Shown here in pieces: positions 59,671 through 64,000 of a stretch of DNA of 64,000 bases. Source of the DNA: Bdellovibrionales bacterium (GTDB taxonomy: Bacteria > Bdellovibrionota > Bdellovibrionia > Bdellovibrionales > JAUICD01); NCBI GenBank assembly GCA_965262715.1, contig OZ253553.1, positions 1,728,001 to 1,792,000 of the forward strand, read 5' to 3'. Under the pieces are notes generated by a model that was given only the letters and a program-made list of their open reading frames with translations, did not search any database and was not told the DNA's origin. Within the stretch, counting starts at the first letter, position 1. Each line of letters opens with the position of its first letter. Both the position numbers and the translations under genes were made by a program.

Positions 59671-60317
59671 TGGAAGCTATCTCAAAAATAAATATTTGCA
59701 TTTATTTCATTTCCCTAAAAATAAACCTACCTCTCGAGGCGAACTTCTAGCAGTTTTTGGGTAGTCAGCATGAAGGCTCACGCTACGGGATGTATCCTCT
59801 TCAGTAAAAAGCTGACTACCTCAAAAATCCGTTTATTTTTTAGGATGGAGATACTGCTTGTTCTTTACATCATGTTAAGGAAAATATTTTTATTTCTTTT
59901 TTCCTCCTACGCCACTAGCGGCCACTGCCTTATGGCTCAAGGTAAAGGAGGAAAATTTTATTATATTAGCCTTGGCTTTCTTAGTTTGGACATAATTCAA
60001 ATGATTTCCTTAACATGGTATAAAAGAATGAGGATTATCTTCTTATTCAAAATGAACAGGTTTTCTAGGAAATGACTTATTTGTCGAGGGTGTTAGCCGT
60101 CGCAGTCATTGCCAGAAAATGGCCAGAGGCCCGCCTCGAGAGGCCAGTTCATTTTGAATGAACAGCTCAAGCTATATGAATATGATAAGTCATGTTGACT
60201 TAGCAAAACAGGCAGATCAACTAGGAGCTTATTTATATAAGCTATGTCAAAATACTTAAGTCTTATTTGAGTTTTACTTTATTTATAGGACAAACAAGAT
60301 TTTTGAGATGGCTTCTA
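59671..60317. mobile_element. TIR-bounded palindromic cassette with two inverted structured units (F 59708-59884 minus, G 60004-60166 plus)
   Basis: gaagctatctcaaaaat ... atttttgagatggcttc; catgttaaggaaa / tttccttaacatg; central ttttcctcct/aggaggaaaa hairpin. Confidence 0.8.
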
Positions 60318-60485
60318 GTTATATTTCATAAAATTCACCTTTTTGCATTTTTTATCATTTTATGCTTTAATATCTTGATACACGTCATATATTTTAAGGG
60401 AGCAAAGAAAAATAATTGAGGCGTGTTTTTATAACTTTGGCCTTAAAATTCAAGTCATATCAGGTAAAATACCTTCAATAATTTA

Positions 60486-60983
60486 TTGAGAAGTGAAAAT
60501 AGAAGGCAGAAGAAAAGCATGGATAAAAATATTTCAAAAATACGAGTAATTGCTCAAAATAAAAAAGCTCGTCATGACTATCATATTTTAGATGTTTATG
60601 AGGCGGGACTTGTGTTGACAGGCAGTGAGGTCAAGTCTCTAAGACAAGGACAGTGTCAATTAAAAGACTCTTATGTTGATATTCATCATGGGCAAATGTT
60701 TTTGTTAGGCACCCATATTAGTAGATACCTTGAAAGCAGTTATAATAATCATGAACCTGAAAGACCTAGAAAACTCTTAATGCATAAAAAGCAAATCCAT
60801 CGCTTACAAGGATCTATAAAACAAAAAGGACTGACTATTATTCCATTAAAAGTTTATTTTAAGTCAGCTAAAGCTAAAGTAGAAATAGGAGTTGTTAAAG
60901 GCAAAAAACTCTATGATAAACGTGAAGTTATTAAGCAACGTGATATACAACGTGAAATATCTTCAAAATGGAAATATAAATAA
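60486..60983 (+). CDS. smpB: SsrA-binding protein (start probably 60519)
   Basis: NKKARHDY, EAGLVLTGSEVKSLR, RKLLMHK, GKKLYDKR. Confidence 0.97.
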   Translation: MRSENRRQKKSMDKNISKIRVIAQNKKARHDYHILDVYEAGLVLTGSEVKSLRQGQCQLKDSYVDIHHGQMFLLGTHISRYLESSYNNHEPERPRKLLMHKKQIHRLQGSIKQKGLTIIPLKVYFKSAKAKVEIGVVKGKKLYDKREVIKQRDIQREISSKWKYK

Positions 60984-61195
60984 ACTTGTCTTCCTTTAGT
61001 AATCATTGAACTTTTATAATACACTTAATTTCTCAACCACCAAAAAACCTCAAATTTTATTTTAAATATGAAATAAAATTAAGGTCAAATTACAAAATGA
61101 CGATAAGAGTGGGTATACAAAATAGTAATTAAAACCATCATTTATTTAAAGATTATATATTTATATAATAATTATTTTTTTAGGAGGTAAGTGAC

Positions 61196-61573
61196 ATGAC
61201 AGATCGTGCAATGAATGCAATAAAAACCCGCTATAAAATGACTGGAATAGGAAGCAAAATGATCCTTACAAACATAGAGGTTGTACCAGGTAAGACAATA
61301 GTTGAGCATTATGGGTTGGTTCAAGGTAGTACAATAAGAGCAAAGCATGTAGGCAGAGATATAATGGCAGGCTTTAAAAATATATTAGGTGGAGAACTCC
61401 GTGGTTATACAGAGCTTTTGCAAGAAAGCCGAGAAGAAGCTACATCTCGTATGATCCAACAAGCACAAATGTTAGGGGCTAATGCTATTGTAAATATCCG
61501 ATTTGCGACGTCTTCTATTGTATCAGGAGCAGCAGAGCTTTTTGCTTATGGTACTGCTGTAAAGGTTGAATAA
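61196..61573 (+). CDS. YbjQ/UPF0145 family protein
   Basis: GRDIMAGFKNILGGELRGY, LGANAIV, ELFAYGTAV. Confidence 0.92.
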   Translation: MTDRAMNAIKTRYKMTGIGSKMILTNIEVVPGKTIVEHYGLVQGSTIRAKHVGRDIMAGFKNILGGELRGYTELLQESREEATSRMIQQAQMLGANAIVNIRFATSSIVSGAAELFAYGTAVKVE

Positions 61574-62031
61574 TGAATCTTCTCTTTATTTTATCTTTAC
61601 TTATTATTGGATATAGTACTGGTAAATTTTTTGAAAGCGCGCATTATTCCAAAATACGCCAAAGAGAGAAGAGACTTCAATCTATTCCAGTTATTGCAAG
61701 TAGGTGGCAAGATACTATTGAAGGTGGAGAAGTGGGACATTTATTTGATGGGTCTGTTGTGATTTCTTCAGACTACTTTAAATCTTTTGTATCTAATTTA
61801 CGTCTTATATTTGGTGGTAGATTGCGTGAATTTGAACCACTTTTAGATAGAGCGCGTAGAGAAGCTATTTTAAGGATGAAGGAAAAAGCTGTCCTTTGGG
61901 GAGCAGAAAGGATTATTAATTTGCGAATAGAATGTTCATCTGTATATGGTCGTAGTGGTGGTCAGCAATATTTACCTGTTGTAGAAGTTTTGGCCTATGG
62001 CACTGGTATTAAGAAAAATACTGAAAGATAA
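61573..62031 (+). CDS. Membrane-anchored YbjQ-like protein
   Basis: TM helix; SVVISSDYFK, FGGRL, LDRARREAILRMK, EVLAYGT. Confidence 0.85.
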   Translation: MNLLFILSLLIIGYSTGKFFESAHYSKIRQREKRLQSIPVIASRWQDTIEGGEVGHLFDGSVVISSDYFKSFVSNLRLIFGGRLREFEPLLDRARREAILRMKEKAVLWGAERIINLRIECSSVYGRSGGQQYLPVVEVLAYGTGIKKNTER

Positions 62032-62064
62032 AAATATTCCTAATTTTATATCTTATGAGATTTT

Positions 62065-62895
62065 ATGTTTTATATTCCAAAAGATATTCCTAAAGAAGTT
62101 AATGTATCAAAAGCTCATACTTTTAGGAGCTTTATACTACCGGTAGGTATTTTTTTTGGTGGTTTGTCTGTTTTAATTTATTTGGTTGTTCCAACTTTGA
62201 TACAAAGAATTTCTCCAGAAACAGAAATTCGATGGAGAGAAGACTATCAACTACTTGAAATAAACAGTGATGACTTTACAAAAGAAGTTCCTAAAGGGTT
62301 AACTGATTTAGCCAATCAATTGTGGCATCCTTATACATCTGCAACTAATTTAAAGTTAAAAATAGACATTATAGAAAGTAAAGTGGAAAATGCTTATATG
62401 GGTTTTGGTGGACAGATGGCATTTACAGAAGGACTCATTCAAAACGCTGAATCTGAAAATGAACTGGCTATGGTTATTTGTCATGAGTTGGGACATCTAT
62501 ATCATCGCCATCTTATCAATAGATTAGCTCAAATGCTCATCTGGTCAGTCGTAGACTTTTTTCTTTCAGCTTCTAGTTATTATTCTTTCTATAATGGTTC
62601 AATTAACTTTTTAACAAGTCAAAAATTCAATAGAGGTCAAGAGAAACAAGCAGATAGCTTTGGCTTAGATTGTCTTCATAAAAAATATAATCATGTCAAT
62701 GGAGCAAATACATTTTTCCAAAGAATATCTACAAAGCAGGGAAGTGATGTAATAAGTCAAATACCAGAATTTATAATGACACATCCAAATTTCGAAAATA
62801 GGATAATATATCTAAAAAATTACGCTTTGAAAAAAGGTTATTCTTGGAATGGCCCTCTTTCTTTAAATAATTTTAAGGCAGATCAGTCGAATTAA
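62065..62895 (+). CDS. M48 family metallopeptidase
   Basis: ENAY...GG, ELAMVICHELGH, E.QAD, THP....RI. Confidence 0.88.
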   Translation: MFYIPKDIPKEVNVSKAHTFRSFILPVGIFFGGLSVLIYLVVPTLIQRISPETEIRWREDYQLLEINSDDFTKEVPKGLTDLANQLWHPYTSATNLKLKIDIIESKVENAYMGFGGQMAFTEGLIQNAESENELAMVICHELGHLYHRHLINRLAQMLIWSVVDFFLSASSYYSFYNGSINFLTSQKFNRGQEKQADSFGLDCLHKKYNHVNGANTFFQRISTKQGSDVISQIPEFIMTHPNFENRIIYLKNYALKKGYSWNGPLSLNNFKADQSN

Positions 62896-62943
62896 CAGAG
62901 AAGATAAAAATTCCATAAATTATAAGAAAGGTTGAGGTAAATT

Positions 62944-64000
62944 ATGAGGGTTAAGCTTTTTGGTACAGACGGCATTCGAGGCAAGTCTAATCAATACCCT
63001 ATTTTACCTGATACTGTTGTGCGTATTGGACAAGCCTTAGGAGTATTGCTTAATAAAAAAGAAGAATTAAAAAAAAATAAAGAAGATGTCTATAAGAAAA
63101 AACAATATGTATTGATTGGTAAGGATACGAGGCTTTCAGGTTATATGGTCGAGATGGCCCTAGCTAGTGGATTAAACTCTATGGGAGTTCATGTGTTATT
63201 AGTTGGCGTTCTTCCAACTCCTGCTATTGGATTTTTAGCAAGAAATATGCATACACAGGCAGGTATTATGATTTCAGCTTCTCACAATCAATATTATGAT
63301 AATGGGATTAAGATTTTTGATAAAAATGGTTTTAAAATATCTAAACAGTGGGAGGGAGAGATTGAAGGGATGCTCATAAACATGTCTCTAGAAAATCATG
63401 TTGTAGATGCAGAGGATATAGGTTTCACTAAAAGAACTAAAAAAATAGAGGATGCAACTGATAGGTATATCTTACATGTGAAGAGCTATTTTCCTTCAAA
63501 TCAAACATTAGAGGGTATGCGCATTGTTTTGGATTGTGCTAATGGGGCTTGTTATAAAGTAGCACCGAAGATTTTAGAAGAGTTAGGCGCGCAGGTCATT
63601 GCCATTAATAATCAACCAAATGGTTTTAATATTAACAAGGAATGTGGTGCTTGCAATCCAGAAAAAATAGCTACTGCTGTGAAAACATATAAGGCAGATT
63701 TAGGCATTAGCTTAGATGGTGATGGTGACCGTCTTATTATGGCAGATGAACTTGGTCAGATTATAAATGGAGATCACATCTTAGCCATATTGGCTTTGCA
63801 TGCTAAAGAAGTAGGGTATTTAAAAAACAATACAGTTGTGATTACTGAGATGAGCAACTTAGGTTTGGAAGAGCTGCTTTGTAAAAATGGTATTACTACT
63901 ATTAAGGCAGATGTAGGAGATCGTTATGTCGCCGAGCAGATGCAGATTTCTAATTGCTACTTGGGAGGAGAGTCTTCTGGCCATATTATGTTTCTAGAAG
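62944..64000 (+). CDS. glmM: Phosphoglucosamine mutase, runs off the window end (not in the ORF track)
   Basis: MRVKLFGTDGIRG, IGKDTRLSGYM, ISASHN, DGDGDR, VGDRYV, GGESSGH. Confidence 0.95.
   Translation, partial: MRVKLFGTDGIRGKSNQYPILPDTVVRIGQALGVLLNKKEELKKNKEDVYKKKQYVLIGKDTRLSGYMVEMALASGLNSMGVHVLLVGVLPTPAIGFLARNMHTQAGIMISASHNQYYDNGIKIFDKNGFKISKQWEGEIEGMLINMSLENHVVDAEDIGFTKRTKKIEDATDRYILHVKSYFPSNQTLEGMRIVLDCANGACYKVAPKILEELGAQVIAINNQPNGFNINKECGACNPEKIATAVKTYKADLGISLDGDGDRLIMADELGQIINGDHILAILALHAKEVGYLKNNTVVITEMSNLGLEELLCKNGITTIKADVGDRYVAEQMQISNCYLGGESSGHIMFLE

Noticed and set aside
59770..60075. Track ORFs 59770-60075, 57947-58135, 31091-31384, 47269-47532 and 47433-47627
   Set aside because: They lie within repeat elements or the intron relic and have no protein-like features
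60984..61195. tmRNA next to smpB
   Set aside because: No tRNA-Ala-like ends or tag reading frame seen on either side of smpB

Overview
AT-rich bacterial chromosomal window. Gene content (PilA-type pilins, Tgl/PilW-like TPR lipoprotein, MaeB, short EF-Ts, many secreted HEXXH proteins) suggests Bdellovibrionota. The ankyrin/Sel1 fusion, duplicated Rpn genes and several pseudogenes hint at a host-associated lineage; both are inferences. The housekeeping backbone is hflX-maeB, engB, phoU, bcp, bfr, fbaB-lysS, rpsB-tsf-pyrH-frr, tRNA-Leu(TAG), gcvH, tsaD-rsmA, prfA, fabI, pth, rplY, prs, a Kef-type antiporter, HU, smpB and glmM. Accessory content: (1) a ~1.24 kb direct repeat carrying two near-identical Rpn/YhgA genes, each with an internal SD+ATG like the RpnS intragenic antitoxin, bracketing an S1/P1 nuclease, a His-repeat peptide and a protease-Sel1-ankyrin fusion; (2) a type III R-M system with a duplication inside Mod; (3) a dGTPase; (4) an IS903-group IS5 element; (5) remnants of a group II intron, hipA and a four-helix-bundle gene. 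The most striking unexplained signal is a family of at least 7 dispersed 120-220 bp intergenic elements whose sequence has diverged while nested stems are kept by compensatory changes; some sit inside larger TIR-bounded cassettes. A pair of 28-bp 11-6-11 palindromes with inverted cores upstream of the first pilin is a candidate inversion switch. No CRISPR array or rRNA was seen.
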